DNA from: an uncultured Gammaproteobacteria bacterium
Lineage (GTDB): Bacteria; Pseudomonadota; Gammaproteobacteria; Eutrophobiales; Eutrophobiaceae
DNA length: 64,000 bases
NCBI GenBank assembly: GCA_963976795.1
Contig: CAXBLT010000004.1
Span: 107,939-171,938 of the forward strand
Direction of reading: 5' to 3'
Shown here: piece by piece, positions 31,388 to 42,100 of the stretch
Position numbering within the stretch: position 1 is the first letter of the stretch
How the letters are laid out: each line of letters starts with the position of its first letter
The notes under the pieces: model-generated
Seen by the model: only the letters and a program-made list of their open reading frames with translations
What the model was told of the DNA's origin: nothing
The model's database searches: none
Program-made: the position numbers and the translations under genes

Positions 31388-31983
31388 CGGCTACGTAATT
31401 TTGACAGTGCACTCTGAACATCTTCATGTGTGTTGATATTCTCAAATGTTTCCGGCTTGTCTGAAAAATCGACCATGGTAAAGTCATGTTGCTCAAACCA
31501 GCGATCAATTTTTCTATCTCCAGCAGCTAAATAATCTACCAGTGATTGCAAGAGCGTTTTTTTTAGCATGCAGAAGACAGGTTGAATACGTTCGCCATCA
31601 TGAGCAACACTAATATCAACTGATTTATTCTTAAGCGATTCGGATAATCTATGAACCAAATCAAGAGGTATGAAAGGGGAGTCGCAAGGTGCAGTAACCA
31701 TGTAGCCAGTATTTATTATCTTTAGCGCGCTTGCCATTCCAGCGAGTGGACCACAAAAACCAGATAATTCGTCTGCAACCAATTCGAGGCCATATCGTGA
31801 ATAAAGATCGTGATTTCGATTGGCATTAATAAGTAGTTTGGCAGTCTGCGGTTTAAGTATGTCAATGATGAGCTCAATCATGGGTTTTCCATCAAGCATT
31901 ACCAGCCCTTTGTCTTGCCCGCCCATCCGCCGAGCCTGTCCGCCTGCGAGAATGACGCCTGTAACATCTGATTTAATATTCAT
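31384..31983 (-). CDS. mobA: Molybdenum cofactor guanylyltransferase
   Basis: ILAGG-x2-RRMGG-x-DKG, NANR, GPLAG, PCDSP, F-x-NINT. Confidence 0.95.
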   Translation of the reverse strand: MNIKSDVTGVILAGGQARRMGGQDKGLVMLDGKPMIELIIDILKPQTAKLLINANRNHDLYSRYGLELVADELSGFCGPLAGMASALKIINTGYMVTAPCDSPFIPLDLVHRLSESLKNKSVDISVAHDGERIQPVFCMLKKTLLQSLVDYLAAGDRKIDRWFEQHDFTMVDFSDKPETFENINTHEDVQSALSKLRSR

Positions 31984-32042
31984 TCTTCTTGCTCAATTGG
32001 CATGTCTAGTTACAACGATGTTGCGGAATTATAAAATGATGT

Positions 32043-32897
32043 TTACTTTACTACATTAGCGACTTCTCGTTTGGGGGGAAGTTCGACATCAAATTCAATA
32101 TTTTCTGCGCCATTGTAAACCAGGAAATGTTTGCTCTTAGCTCTGGATAGTAGCGTGATATTCATGTCACGAGCCAGATTTAATCCCATCTTGGTGATGC
32201 CTGAACGAGACAATAATACAGGGATCTCCATTTGCGCTACCTTTATAACCATTTCCGAGGTTAGTCTGCCAGTGGTATAAAATATTTTGTCGTTACCAGA
32301 GATATCTTCTAACCACATCTTGCCAGCAATAGCATCAACGGCATTGTGACGACCAACATCTTCGATGAATATTAGTGGTTCGGTATCATGGCAAAGTGCG
32401 CAACCGTGAACGGCGCCTGCATTTTTATAGACATCGTTATAGACATTCAAATTTCTTAATAAGGTATAAAGATGGGATTGTTTTATTTTTATCGATTGAA
32501 TATCGAGGGCGTCTAGATGATCCATGATATCGCCGAAAACAGTGCCTTGGCCACAACCCGTTGTAACGATTCTTGGGCCTAGTTTATCTTTCCAGTCGTC
32601 GCGATTTTCGTATGTTGTGATAGCAACGGCGTTGACATCCCAATCAACTTGTATGGATTTTATTTCAGACAGCTGTTTTATTAAGCCTTGATTCTTTAAA
32701 TAACCTAAAGCAAGCATTTCAGGTTGTGTGCCCAGGGTCATTAACGTAACGATTTCAAAACTGTCAATATAGATCGTGAGCGCGCGTTCTTCCGCAACAT
32801 GGAGTTCACGAGTGTTCTGATATTCATCTGTGGCGAGAACAGCTTGAGTGGGGGAGAGACCAGCTTCCGTCATATCCGGACGATAATTCCTGGACAC
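32043..32897 (-). CDS. fdhD: Formate dehydrogenase sulfurtransferase accessory protein
   Basis: TTGCGQG, GAVHGCAL, EDVGRHNAVD, TGRLTSEMV-x-K. Confidence 0.92.
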   Translation of the reverse strand: MSRNYRPDMTEAGLSPTQAVLATDEYQNTRELHVAEERALTIYIDSFEIVTLMTLGTQPEMLALGYLKNQGLIKQLSEIKSIQVDWDVNAVAITTYENRDDWKDKLGPRIVTTGCGQGTVFGDIMDHLDALDIQSIKIKQSHLYTLLRNLNVYNDVYKNAGAVHGCALCHDTEPLIFIEDVGRHNAVDAIAGKMWLEDISGNDKIFYTTGRLTSEMVIKVAQMEIPVLLSRSGITKMGLNLARDMNITLLSRAKSKHFLVYNGAENIEFDVELPPKREVANVVK

Positions 32898-32899
32898 AG

Positions 32900-33913
32900 C
32901 TACCCTCCAGTTACATTCATATGCCGGAATATGATTGGTTTTTCCGTTAAATTGAAATCGTGCCCTTTAGGTTTGATTAGCATGGAGTCTCTAATGGTTT
33001 GTTTGAGTTTGTCCATGTCGCCCGGGTAGGTGCGGAGCGTTTTGCGCAGGTCTACAGAATGCTCCTGACCAAGACACAATAGTAATCGTCCTTCGCAAGT
33101 TAGCCTCACTCGGTTGCATAATTCACAAAAATTATGGCTGTGCGGTGAAATAAAACCAACACGGGTGCCGGTCTCTGTTAATTTGAAATACTTTGATGGA
33201 CCACCTGTTGTCTCAGTTGTTGGTACCAGAGTGAATACTTTTTCCAGATCCTTCCTGATGTCATCACTAGAATAAAAAACCTCAGCTCGGTCATGATCAC
33301 CAATAACGCCCAACGGCATTTCTTCAATAAAGCTGATATCCATACCGCGCTCACTGGCATATCGAACCAAGTTTATGATCTCATCGTCGTTACGATTTTT
33401 TAATATAACGGCATTTAATTTTATTTTTTCAAAACCAACGGCAATCGCAGCATCAATCCCGGAGATGACGTTATTTAATTCACCGACTCGTGTAATGCGT
33501 TTAAATTTTTCTGCATCAAGAGAATCCAGGCTTATGTTGATGCGTTTAACACCGGCATCTTTTAATGGTTGGGCCAGTTTAGTTAATTGTGAACCATTTG
33601 TGGTTAATACTAGTTCATCTAGCCCGGATAATTGACCTATGCCTTCAAATAACTGAATGACGTTGCGACGAATAAGAGGCTCCCCGCCGGTAATTCGAAT
33701 TTTTTTCACGCCGAGTTCGGTAAATGCCTGTGCTATTTGTGATATTTCTTCCAACGTTAAAAGTTGTGCGCGAGGCACAAACTGCATTTCATCATCCATA
33801 CAATAGACGCAACGAAAATCGCAGCGGTCAGTCACTGAGATGCGGACATAATCGACAACACGGTTAAATTTATCGATTAGTACTTCTTGGTGATTATTGG
33901 TTTTAATGCTCAT
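32900..33913 (-). CDS. moaA: GTP 3',8-cyclase
   Basis: RISVTDRCDFRCVYCM, TGGEP, FC-x2-CNRVRLT, C-terminal GG. Confidence 0.96.
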   Translation of the reverse strand: MSIKTNNHQEVLIDKFNRVVDYVRISVTDRCDFRCVYCMDDEMQFVPRAQLLTLEEISQIAQAFTELGVKKIRITGGEPLIRRNVIQLFEGIGQLSGLDELVLTTNGSQLTKLAQPLKDAGVKRINISLDSLDAEKFKRITRVGELNNVISGIDAAIAVGFEKIKLNAVILKNRNDDEIINLVRYASERGMDISFIEEMPLGVIGDHDRAEVFYSSDDIRKDLEKVFTLVPTTETTGGPSKYFKLTETGTRVGFISPHSHNFCELCNRVRLTCEGRLLLCLGQEHSVDLRKTLRTYPGDMDKLKQTIRDSMLIKPKGHDFNLTEKPIIFRHMNVTGG

Positions 33914-34079
33914 TTCTTCAAGATTTAGAAAATATTGTATTTTAACGATGGTACTTTCTGAAAAGGATTATCAACAATTATAGCGTACTCGTATATTTAA
34001 ACATATGTAAATACTACGATTCCATATGTGAAAAACAGTATAAAATAGAATACTGTAGGATTCTGCAACATAGTATGTG

Positions 34080-34547
34080 TCACCAGGTTTTATAGGGGTG
34101 AGTGACGAGGCAAATGTTGTAATAACGATAATCCTCTGTGACCTCTGCACCTACCCAGTTGGGTAGCGCAAAGGTTTCGTCGGCAGTGGTTAATTCTATC
34201 TCCGCGACTACTAAGCCTTCATTTTCGCCGGCAAAGACGTCAACTTCCCATACGTGTCCTTGGTGATTAACGCGATAACGCGTTTTGTTTATATAAGGGC
34301 GATCACATAATGTTGTAAGCATTTCATTTGCTTCATCTAATGGAATAGCATATTCGTATTCACTGCGTTGAGTGCCAATGGTCATGCTTTTGATGTTGAT
34401 GTTGGCAGTTTTACCATCAACTCGGATGCGAACCGAGCTTTTCTCATTGCTGCCCATATAACCTTGTGTGATCTGAATGCCTTCATCGGCATCATGTCGC
34501 CAACCATTATTAGAGATAAGAAATTTACGTTCTATTTCGATTGCCAT
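34080..34547 (-). CDS. CYTH domain protein (triphosphatase-like)
   Basis: EIERKFL, I-x-QGY, VRIR, KTRY, WEVD-x-F, AEIEL. Confidence 0.9.
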   Translation of the reverse strand: MAIEIERKFLISNNGWRHDADEGIQITQGYMGSNEKSSVRIRVDGKTANINIKSMTIGTQRSEYEYAIPLDEANEMLTTLCDRPYINKTRYRVNHQGHVWEVDVFAGENEGLVVAEIELTTADETFALPNWVGAEVTEDYRYYNICLVTHPYKTW

Positions 34548-34560
34548 GATAAGTAATGTG

Positions 34561-36093
34561 TTACTCGAATTTTAAATGTTTGTTAGCGAGATAAATAATG
34601 ACTAAGACAGGTAGTCCCAGCAAAGATGCAAATAAAAAGAAGTTTGTATAACCCACATTTTCGACAATGGAACCGGAGTATCCTCCAATAATTTTTGGAA
34701 AGAGTGTCATTAAGGAACTGAATATTGCGTATTGCATAGCAGTAAAAGAAATATTTGTTAATCGTGATAGAAAAGCGACAAAAGCTGCGCTAGCAATTCC
34801 GGCGGATAAATTGTCTGCGGAGATAACAAGATAAAGTAATTTAATATCATATCCTTTGACGGCTAGAAGCATAAATAACAAGTTTGTTAAAACGGTGAGT
34901 AGCGCACCTAGAAACAAGACCTTCATTACACCATGCCGTATTGATAAAATACCCCCTAAAAAACCACCTGCGATGGTCATAAACAAGCCAAACGTTTTGA
35001 CCACAGAGGCAATTTCTTTCTTACTGTATCCGAGGTCTTGAAAGAAGATGTTGGCAATCACACCAAGAACAATATCGGATATACGATAAAGCCCAATTAA
35101 AACTAATAATAATATTGCGAGCTTAATACTGTAACGTTGAAAAAAATCGAGGACAGGTTCTAGATAACTTTCAGCGATGATTTTGTTTTCAATAAATTTA
35201 AATTTTATGAGTGTAAATACAATTGATATAAATACTCCTGTTCCAAGAAAAAGACGAAAGAACTCAACGCAAAAATTAGATAGTGTTTTATTATTTAATA
35301 TTTCTGATAGATTATTTTTCCAGGATGCAGCAAATTCAGAGCTAAGGTGAAACGAAATTACAAAGCCGATTACCGCAAGAATAAAAGTCAGAAAAAACTT
35401 AATGTATGTGACATTCGAATACTTATACTCAGTGATTCTGTTTTTTTCTGGTTCTTTTATACATAACGTCGTAATAATGCCGGTTAGCATTGCTACGGCC
35501 ATACAACTATATGTGATTTGCCATGCATAGTAATTATATGAATTTAGTTCTGAACCCAAGGAACCGGCAATAAACAAACTACCTGCACCAGAGAACAACA
35601 TCCCGATACGATAGCCTGCTATATAGGTTGCAGACATCAGAGCTTGTAGTTCAGATGAAGCCGATTCAATCCTGTAGGCATCAATAACAATGTCCTGTGT
35701 GGCAGCAGAAAAACCAAGCATGACGCAGGCCAGAGCCATTATTTTCAGGTGCGATGTACTGTTAGCAGGATCAACAAATGCCATTGATAAGATTGAACTG
35801 ATGATTGCTATTTGCGACAACAACATCCATGCACGTCGTCTGCCCAATTTATGGGTTAAAAAGGGGATAGGGAGTTTATCTGCTATAGGAGCCCAAACAA
35901 ATTTGAAGGAATAGCCTAATGCCGCCCAACTAAAGAAGGTGACAGCAGATCGTTCTATACCTGCTTCTCTTAACCAAAGACCTAGAGAAGAAAATATCAA
36001 TAACAACGGGATGCCGGCAGAGAAGCCAAAGAAAAGCATAGTGAGCACTCTTGGATGCAAGAATGCCTGAAAACTGTTTTTCCAATTCCCCAT
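34561..36093 (-). CDS. ampG: AmpG family muropeptide MFS permease
   Basis: GFSAGIP-x2-L, KFVWAP-x2-D, GRRR-x-W, SATQDI-like AATQDIVIDAYRIE, TAMQYA-x-FSS. Confidence 0.88.
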   Translation of the reverse strand: MGNWKNSFQAFLHPRVLTMLFFGFSAGIPLLLIFSSLGLWLREAGIERSAVTFFSWAALGYSFKFVWAPIADKLPIPFLTHKLGRRRAWMLLSQIAIISSILSMAFVDPANSTSHLKIMALACVMLGFSAATQDIVIDAYRIESASSELQALMSATYIAGYRIGMLFSGAGSLFIAGSLGSELNSYNYYAWQITYSCMAVAMLTGIITTLCIKEPEKNRITEYKYSNVTYIKFFLTFILAVIGFVISFHLSSEFAASWKNNLSEILNNKTLSNFCVEFFRLFLGTGVFISIVFTLIKFKFIENKIIAESYLEPVLDFFQRYSIKLAILLLVLIGLYRISDIVLGVIANIFFQDLGYSKKEIASVVKTFGLFMTIAGGFLGGILSIRHGVMKVLFLGALLTVLTNLLFMLLAVKGYDIKLLYLVISADNLSAGIASAAFVAFLSRLTNISFTAMQYAIFSSLMTLFPKIIGGYSGSIVENVGYTNFFLFASLLGLPVLVIIYLANKHLKFE

Positions 36094-36260
36094 GACAGAT
36101 CGATTAGAGCGTTGTAATTATAATCAGAAGGAGGGGATTATACCATTGTAGGCTGTTTTAAATTGAATTTTGTTTATATGCTTTATCGTAGTTTAATTAT
36201 TATGAAAAACAGGTAGCAATAGATTGTTAATTCGAACTCATTTTTAAAGTTTGATGCATT

Positions 36261-36662
36261 TCATCTATTTCTATTATTCCTTTTAAAGCGTCGTCCGTCA
36301 TTAAAACCCTGTGCATAACCCTGTTGGTAGCGCCGATTATTGCTACGGCGAGAGTTAGAGTAGTTTTTCTGGTATTTATTACGGTAATAATTAGCACGAT
36401 CATACGCATGTTTATTACCATGACGACTGTATAGATCGGAGAGATTATTGTATCGGCGATTTGAATAGGAATTGTTGTATTTATAATCAAGGTTATTCTG
36501 TCTTTGATAGTTTTTCTGTGGGTAGTAATTATGTTTGTAATGGCTATAAATGGGCACCCCCAGAATTATTTTTATCTCCGCCTGTGAACTCAGAGGCAAT
36601 AGCATTAATATAGTAGAATAGAATATTGTTCGATAGGGTAGTGACATATCTGCCTCCAGCAA
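36261..36662 (-). CDS. Hypothetical exported Tyr/Asn/Arg-rich low-complexity protein
   Basis: Signal peptide ending SQA, followed by a Y/N/R-rich body with YQQGYAQGFNDG; start probably 36647. Confidence 0.55.
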   Translation of the reverse strand: MLEADMSLPYRTIFYSTILMLLPLSSQAEIKIILGVPIYSHYKHNYYPQKNYQRQNNLDYKYNNSYSNRRYNNLSDLYSRHGNKHAYDRANYYRNKYQKNYSNSRRSNNRRYQQGYAQGFNDGRRFKRNNRNR

Positions 36663-36697
36663 CTGGGATTTAAATGATTAGAGGTATTTAAATAGGA

Positions 36698-36985
36698 ATG
36701 GTTGCAAAAATAAATACTCCAAGGTTAGAAATCCATTACTGCACTCAGTGCCGTTTTATTCTGAGGGCAAATTGGATGGCCCAAGAACTGCTAATGACAT
36801 TTGGTGAGAAGCTGGGTGAGCTTGTGCTAGTGCCCTCTACTGGTGGTGTTTTCACAGTTTTATTGGATGGGAAAGAAATATTCTCTAGAAAAACAGAAGA
36901 AAGATTCCCTGAGTCTAAAGAGTTAAAGCAACTAATACGTGACAGGATTGAACCTGACATGTCGCTTGGGCATAGTGACAATTAA
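36698..36985 (+). CDS. SelT/SelW/SelH (Rdx) family protein
   Basis: I-x-YCTQC, RA-x-WMAQELL-x-TF, GG-x-F-x-V, FPE-x-KELKQ-x2-RD. Confidence 0.9.
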   Translation: MVAKINTPRLEIHYCTQCRFILRANWMAQELLMTFGEKLGELVLVPSTGGVFTVLLDGKEIFSRKTEERFPESKELKQLIRDRIEPDMSLGHSDN

Positions 36986-37013
36986 CGCTAAAAGATAAGC
37001 AATCGTAACGAAA

Positions 37014-38954
37014 TCAGGGGACTTCTCTGACAACACGGATACCTATGTGGTCATAGGCCTTATCAGATTTGAATTTATCTCGTTTTGCACTACGTGTTGA
37101 TTGTGGCGGTGTGCTATATGCTCCACCTCTAACGACACGGTAAGAACAATCTCCACCTTCCCAAACGTCGGCAGATTCTGGGGCGCCTTTGTAATTGTCA
37201 TGCCAGCAGTCATGTACCCATTCTCCGACGTTGCCTGATGTGTCATAAAGACCAAATGGGTTAGCCTCGAAGCTACCTATCTTAGTTGGTTTTCGGGGAT
37301 CGAGGTTAGTACCACAACCGAAGCAATGAGCGCGATTAGGTTCTTCATCATAGCCCCACCAAAAGGTGGATTTTTTACCTGCTGAAGCCATGTATTCCCA
37401 TTCTGCTTCAGTTGCTAATCTATACTTCTGGCCGGTTTCTTCTGAGAGCCATTTTGTATAGTAGTAGGCATCATCCCAAGAGATAAAGATAACAGGATGC
37501 GTTTCTCTGTCTAGATAAAGCGAATCTGGTATTTTTTTACCTTCTGCTTTGGCAAAAAGGTCATATTGCGCAAAGGTGATTTCATATTGGCTGGCAGCAA
37601 ATTGTCTTACAGAGACATCATGCCGCGGTCGTTCATTTGAATTTTTGGAACTAGTGCTACCCATGGCGAATTTGCCCGCGGGAATGACGATCATTAGCGG
37701 ACCCTTGCCACCGGATTTCAAGTTGTCTTGAATTGTCTTGCCAACAACAGTCGTGGTCTTCTCTGGTTTTGGTTCGATAACTGGCGCTACGGGTTCTTCA
37801 ATGACAGCCTCTGGTTCTGAGGCGGCTAAAGATGTTTCATCCTCTTCATCAACAATGGCTTCTTCTATGACTTGCTCATCAACGGCTTCAACTTCAGTTT
37901 TTACAACGGCTGGTTCAGGTTGTTGTGCTGGTTTTTCCCCCATCATAGTGAAGGCTACACCGCCAATAATCAGAATAACTGCGGCGGCTATGCCAATCAT
38001 CATGCCCGTTTTGCTTTTGGGTTTCTCAGCAAAGCTATCTGTTTCAGGTTCGACAAAAGCAGGCTGCCCTGTCTGTTGCTGTGGTTCTGGCGCTGGTTCT
38101 GGCTCCACTTCTTCCGTTGAGACATCGGCGACAGACATTTCTGCAGTCGATTCGAGTACATCTTCAGTTACAGTTTCCGCTGGTGCTGCTTCCGCAGTGT
38201 CTTTTACGTTTACAACAACAGCAGTGGTATTGTCCTGACGCGGCATATTGGCTTCTTCAACTGCTGTCATTAACGCATCAGCGCATTCCTTAGTGGCTTC
38301 AGACCATTCAGAATATTGAATAATCTTACCGGCGCTTAGGGTATCAAGCCCGTCACTGCATAAAATAATTCGGTCACCGGCCTGAAGTTCGAAAGGGTTG
38401 GCAGGGACATCTATTTCATTGATGTCTTCGCCAGTAATGGCACTCATCAACATATTGCGGGATAGGCCCGGTTCTGGTTCTACCGGTGTGCCGTCAGCTT
38501 CCATTCTGTCGAGAAAACCACCATAGCTATGGTCAGCATTCTTTTTTGTTAATTCTCTATCTCGAACAAGATAGCAATGACTATCGCCAACGCTAGCCCA
38601 CCACATTTTTCCATCTTCAAGAATGGCAGCCACCATGGTGCAACCCATGCCCGCGAGGGCTGGTGTTTCTGCTACGGTTTCCTTAATGGAGTTGTTGGCT
38701 TTGACTACAGATTGTTCGAGAATCTCAGACGGGTTTTCAGTTGGGTAGTTTGCGGATACATGTTTGTTAAAGGCTTGTACAGCCATATTACTGGCGACGT
38801 TGCCCGCTGCGTGGCCACCCATGCCATCGGCAATAACAACGAGAGCGCTAGGTCTGCCATTAGCATCAGTCAGGTGGGTGATAAGGAATGCATCTTCTTG
38901 ATAGTCTCTTGCGCCATCAATTTGTGAACCGGCTAATTCAAATTCAAGTGCCAT
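37014..38954 (-). CDS. PP2C-family phosphatase - transmembrane - FGE-sulfatase domain fusion
   Basis: G-x-R-x2-QED, ADGMGGH, VGDS, CSDGL, QDN-x-T; acidic Pro-rich linker; one TM helix; F-x-MGS, E-x-P-x-H, YRL-x-TEAEWEY, NPFGLYD-x2-GNV-x-EW, RVVRGG. Confidence 0.85.
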   Translation of the reverse strand: MALEFELAGSQIDGARDYQEDAFLITHLTDANGRPSALVVIADGMGGHAAGNVASNMAVQAFNKHVSANYPTENPSEILEQSVVKANNSIKETVAETPALAGMGCTMVAAILEDGKMWWASVGDSHCYLVRDRELTKKNADHSYGGFLDRMEADGTPVEPEPGLSRNMLMSAITGEDINEIDVPANPFELQAGDRIILCSDGLDTLSAGKIIQYSEWSEATKECADALMTAVEEANMPRQDNTTAVVVNVKDTAEAAPAETVTEDVLESTAEMSVADVSTEEVEPEPAPEPQQQTGQPAFVEPETDSFAEKPKSKTGMMIGIAAAVILIIGGVAFTMMGEKPAQQPEPAVVKTEVEAVDEQVIEEAIVDEEDETSLAASEPEAVIEEPVAPVIEPKPEKTTTVVGKTIQDNLKSGGKGPLMIVIPAGKFAMGSTSSKNSNERPRHDVSVRQFAASQYEITFAQYDLFAKAEGKKIPDSLYLDRETHPVIFISWDDAYYYTKWLSEETGQKYRLATEAEWEYMASAGKKSTFWWGYDEEPNRAHCFGCGTNLDPRKPTKIGSFEANPFGLYDTSGNVGEWVHDCWHDNYKGAPESADVWEGGDCSYRVVRGGAYSTPPQSTRSAKRDKFKSDKAYDHIGIRVVREVP

Positions 38955-39142
38955 ACGCTAAGAAAACCCCATTCGTGAAAAGTAATATAATCAATTTTAT
39001 CGTTTATTATTTGTAGTACTTAACGCAGAAAATACTGTCTGGATTAATTTAATATTTTATGTTTGATTATCCTACCAGTCCATCAATAAATTACAAATAA
39101 ATACTTGATTCGAGTCAATAAATTGGGATTAGTTTTATATTA

Positions 39143-42100
39143 ATGCATAGTCTTAATATTGCTGTAAAAGACATGAATAGGAAAGGCATGACATCGTTAG
39201 AATTAAAAAATATCTATGACCGTTTATCAGAAGCGCGTTCTTCAGAACAGTTTCGTTTAAAACGTGACTTTAATTGTTTAAAAAATATCAACAATGAGAA
39301 TAAAGCTGAATGGGAAGCCTTAAAACGAAACATAGAATTATCAGTCAAGAGCAAAGCAGATAGAGTAAATCGTCTCCCGGAATGTAATTTTGATGATAAT
39401 TTACCGATAAATCAGCATGTTGATGAAATATCTGATGCCATTTTAAATAATCCCGTTACGATTATTTGCGGGGAAACAGGATCGGGTAAAACAACCCAGT
39501 TGCCAAAGTTATGTCTCAAGTTGGGACGTGGGATCGGAGGTGTTATTGGACATACGCAACCGAGGCGACTAGCCGCAAAAACGGTCGCGGTGCGAATTGC
39601 TGAAGAACTGGGAAGCGAGTTAGGCGATGCTGTTGGCTATAAGATCAGACATCAGGATGTAACTAACAAGCATTCTTACATCAAGTTGATGACTGACGGT
39701 ATCTTACTTGCTGAATTACAGCAGGATCGATATTTAAATCAATACGATACATTGATTATCGATGAGGCTCATGAGCGTAGTCTTAATATTGATTTTATTC
39801 TGGGTTATATAAAACAACTTTTGCCAAAAAGACCTGATCTCAAGGTCATTATTACCTCCGCTACAATTGACGTTACTCGTTTTTCTGAACATTTCGATAA
39901 TGCACCCATTATTGAAGTCTCTGGTAGAACTTGGCCGGTTGATGTTTTGTATCGACCAGTTGAAATCAGTAATGAAGATGAAGACCCAATCAGTAGGGAA
40001 GAAATTATCTTACAAGCAATTCGAGAGCTTACCTCATATGATATGGGCGATATCCTGATCTTCATGGAAGGGGAAGGAGAAATTCATGAGACTGATAAGT
40101 TTCTCCGCAAACAAAACTTACGCGATACAGATATTTTACCGCTATATGCTCGGCTCAGTTCCTCGAGACAAAATAAGATCTTTGCGCCACATAAACGCCG
40201 CCATATCGTGTTGGCAACTAATATTGCAGAAACATCACTGACCATCCCCGGGATACGCTATGTCATCGATACCGGTATGGCGCGCATCAGTCGTTATAGT
40301 TATCGCAGTAAGGTACAGCGTCTGCCAATAGAAAGGGTCTCTATGGCGGCAGCCAATCAACGCAAGGGTCGCTGTGGCAGAACTAGTGAAGGGATATGCA
40401 TTCGTTTGTATAGTGAAGAAGACTTTTCTTCACGCGGGGAATACACAGAGCCTGAGATCCTGCGTACCAACCTGGCATCAGTGATCTTACAGATGAAGGC
40501 ATTAAAGATTGGAAATATAGAAAAATATCCATTTATCAATCCCCCTGACAAGAAATTTATCAACGACGGGATGCGCTTATTGCGCGAGATTAACGCCCTG
40601 GATAAGGAAGAAAAATTAACACCGGTGGGTAGAAAGTTGGTGCGGTTTCCGCTAGACCCGAGGCATGCAAGAATATTATTGGCAGCGCATGATTTTCATT
40701 GCGTGCATGAGATATTAATTATCGTCAGTGCATTAAGTATACAAGATCCTAGAGAACGACCGATAGATAAAAAACAAAAGGCGGATACATCGCATCAACA
40801 ATTTAGCGATGATGACTCAGACTTTCTGTGGTTTCTAAATCTATGGGGTTTTTATCAAAAACAAATCAAACAACTCTCACAGAATAAGCTAAGAAAATTG
40901 TGTCAAACCAACTTCTTGTCTTATACGAAGATGAGAGAATGGATTGATATCCATAGACAGTTGCGTCACGTGTGTACGGAGATGGGTTTATTGTTGAATA
41001 CAGAGCCTGCTAGTTATCAAAATATACATTGTGCAATCTTGAGTGGCATGTCGAGTCATGTCGCGTTCTTGTCTGACAAACATGAATATACCGGGGCTCG
41101 TGATATTAAACTAAACCTGTTTCCCGCATCGGGGCAGTTTCATAAAAAACCAAAGTGGGTTGTTGCGGCTGACTTGGTTGAGACCACTCGATTATATGCC
41201 CGAAATGTAGCACTCATTGATTCCGCATGGTTGATTAGTGTGGCAAAGCATTTATTGAAACGCAGCTATTCAGATGCGCATTGGGATAGCAAAAGTTCTC
41301 GTGTCGTTGCCTTAGAGAAGATTAGCTTATATGGCATGAACCTGGTTTCAGGCAAAAGAATTAATTACGGTGCTATTAACCCGGTTGAATCTAAAGCCTT
41401 GTTTATCAGAAACGCATTGGTAGAGGGTGATTTAGAGTCGAGTGCAAAATTCTTCAAACACAACAATCAATTAATAGCGGAAGTCAGACATTTGGAAGTA
41501 AAGTCACGGCGCCCTGATATTCTGAATGAAGGAGCAGTCTATAAGTTTTATAGCAAAGCATTGCCAGCCCATGTTTATGACGGACAATCATTTGCTGCAT
41601 GGGTCAAGCAACTTAACAAAGAACAAAAACAAACTTTATATCTAACGAATGATTTAATCATAAATCGTGAGATTGATGATATTACGGAAATGACGTACCC
41701 GGATAATATCAAGTTTAATGGAATGCAATTGCCGCTTGAATACAAGTTCCTGCCTGGCACTAAAGAAGATGGAATAAGTGTTGATGTTCCGATTGAGGTA
41801 TTAAATCAATTCGATCAACACCACATGGATTACCTGGTGCCGGGCCTGATAGAAGAAAAGGTTATCTTGTTATTAAAGTCATTACCAAAGCCTATTCGCA
41901 AGACATTAGTGCCGATTCCGGAAACGGCAACGGAATGTGTAAATAATATTAAAAATCATTCGATCTCATTAAAACAAAATCTGATTGCATATTTATTCAA
42001 AACGCGAGCAGTAGATATCGCAATCAACGATTTTACAGAGGGCGCTTTACCCGAGCACCTCAGGACAAACTATCGAGTGGTAGACTCTAATAATGAATTA

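Noticed and set aside
36698-36985. Possible selenoprotein (SelW-like)
   Set aside because: Motif is CTQC with ordinary Cys codons; no in-frame TGA
37738-38293. Long antisense ORFs opposite the PP2C-FGE linker, and similar shadow ORFs throughout
   Set aside because: Explained as antisense shadows of real genes; no RBS or family motifs
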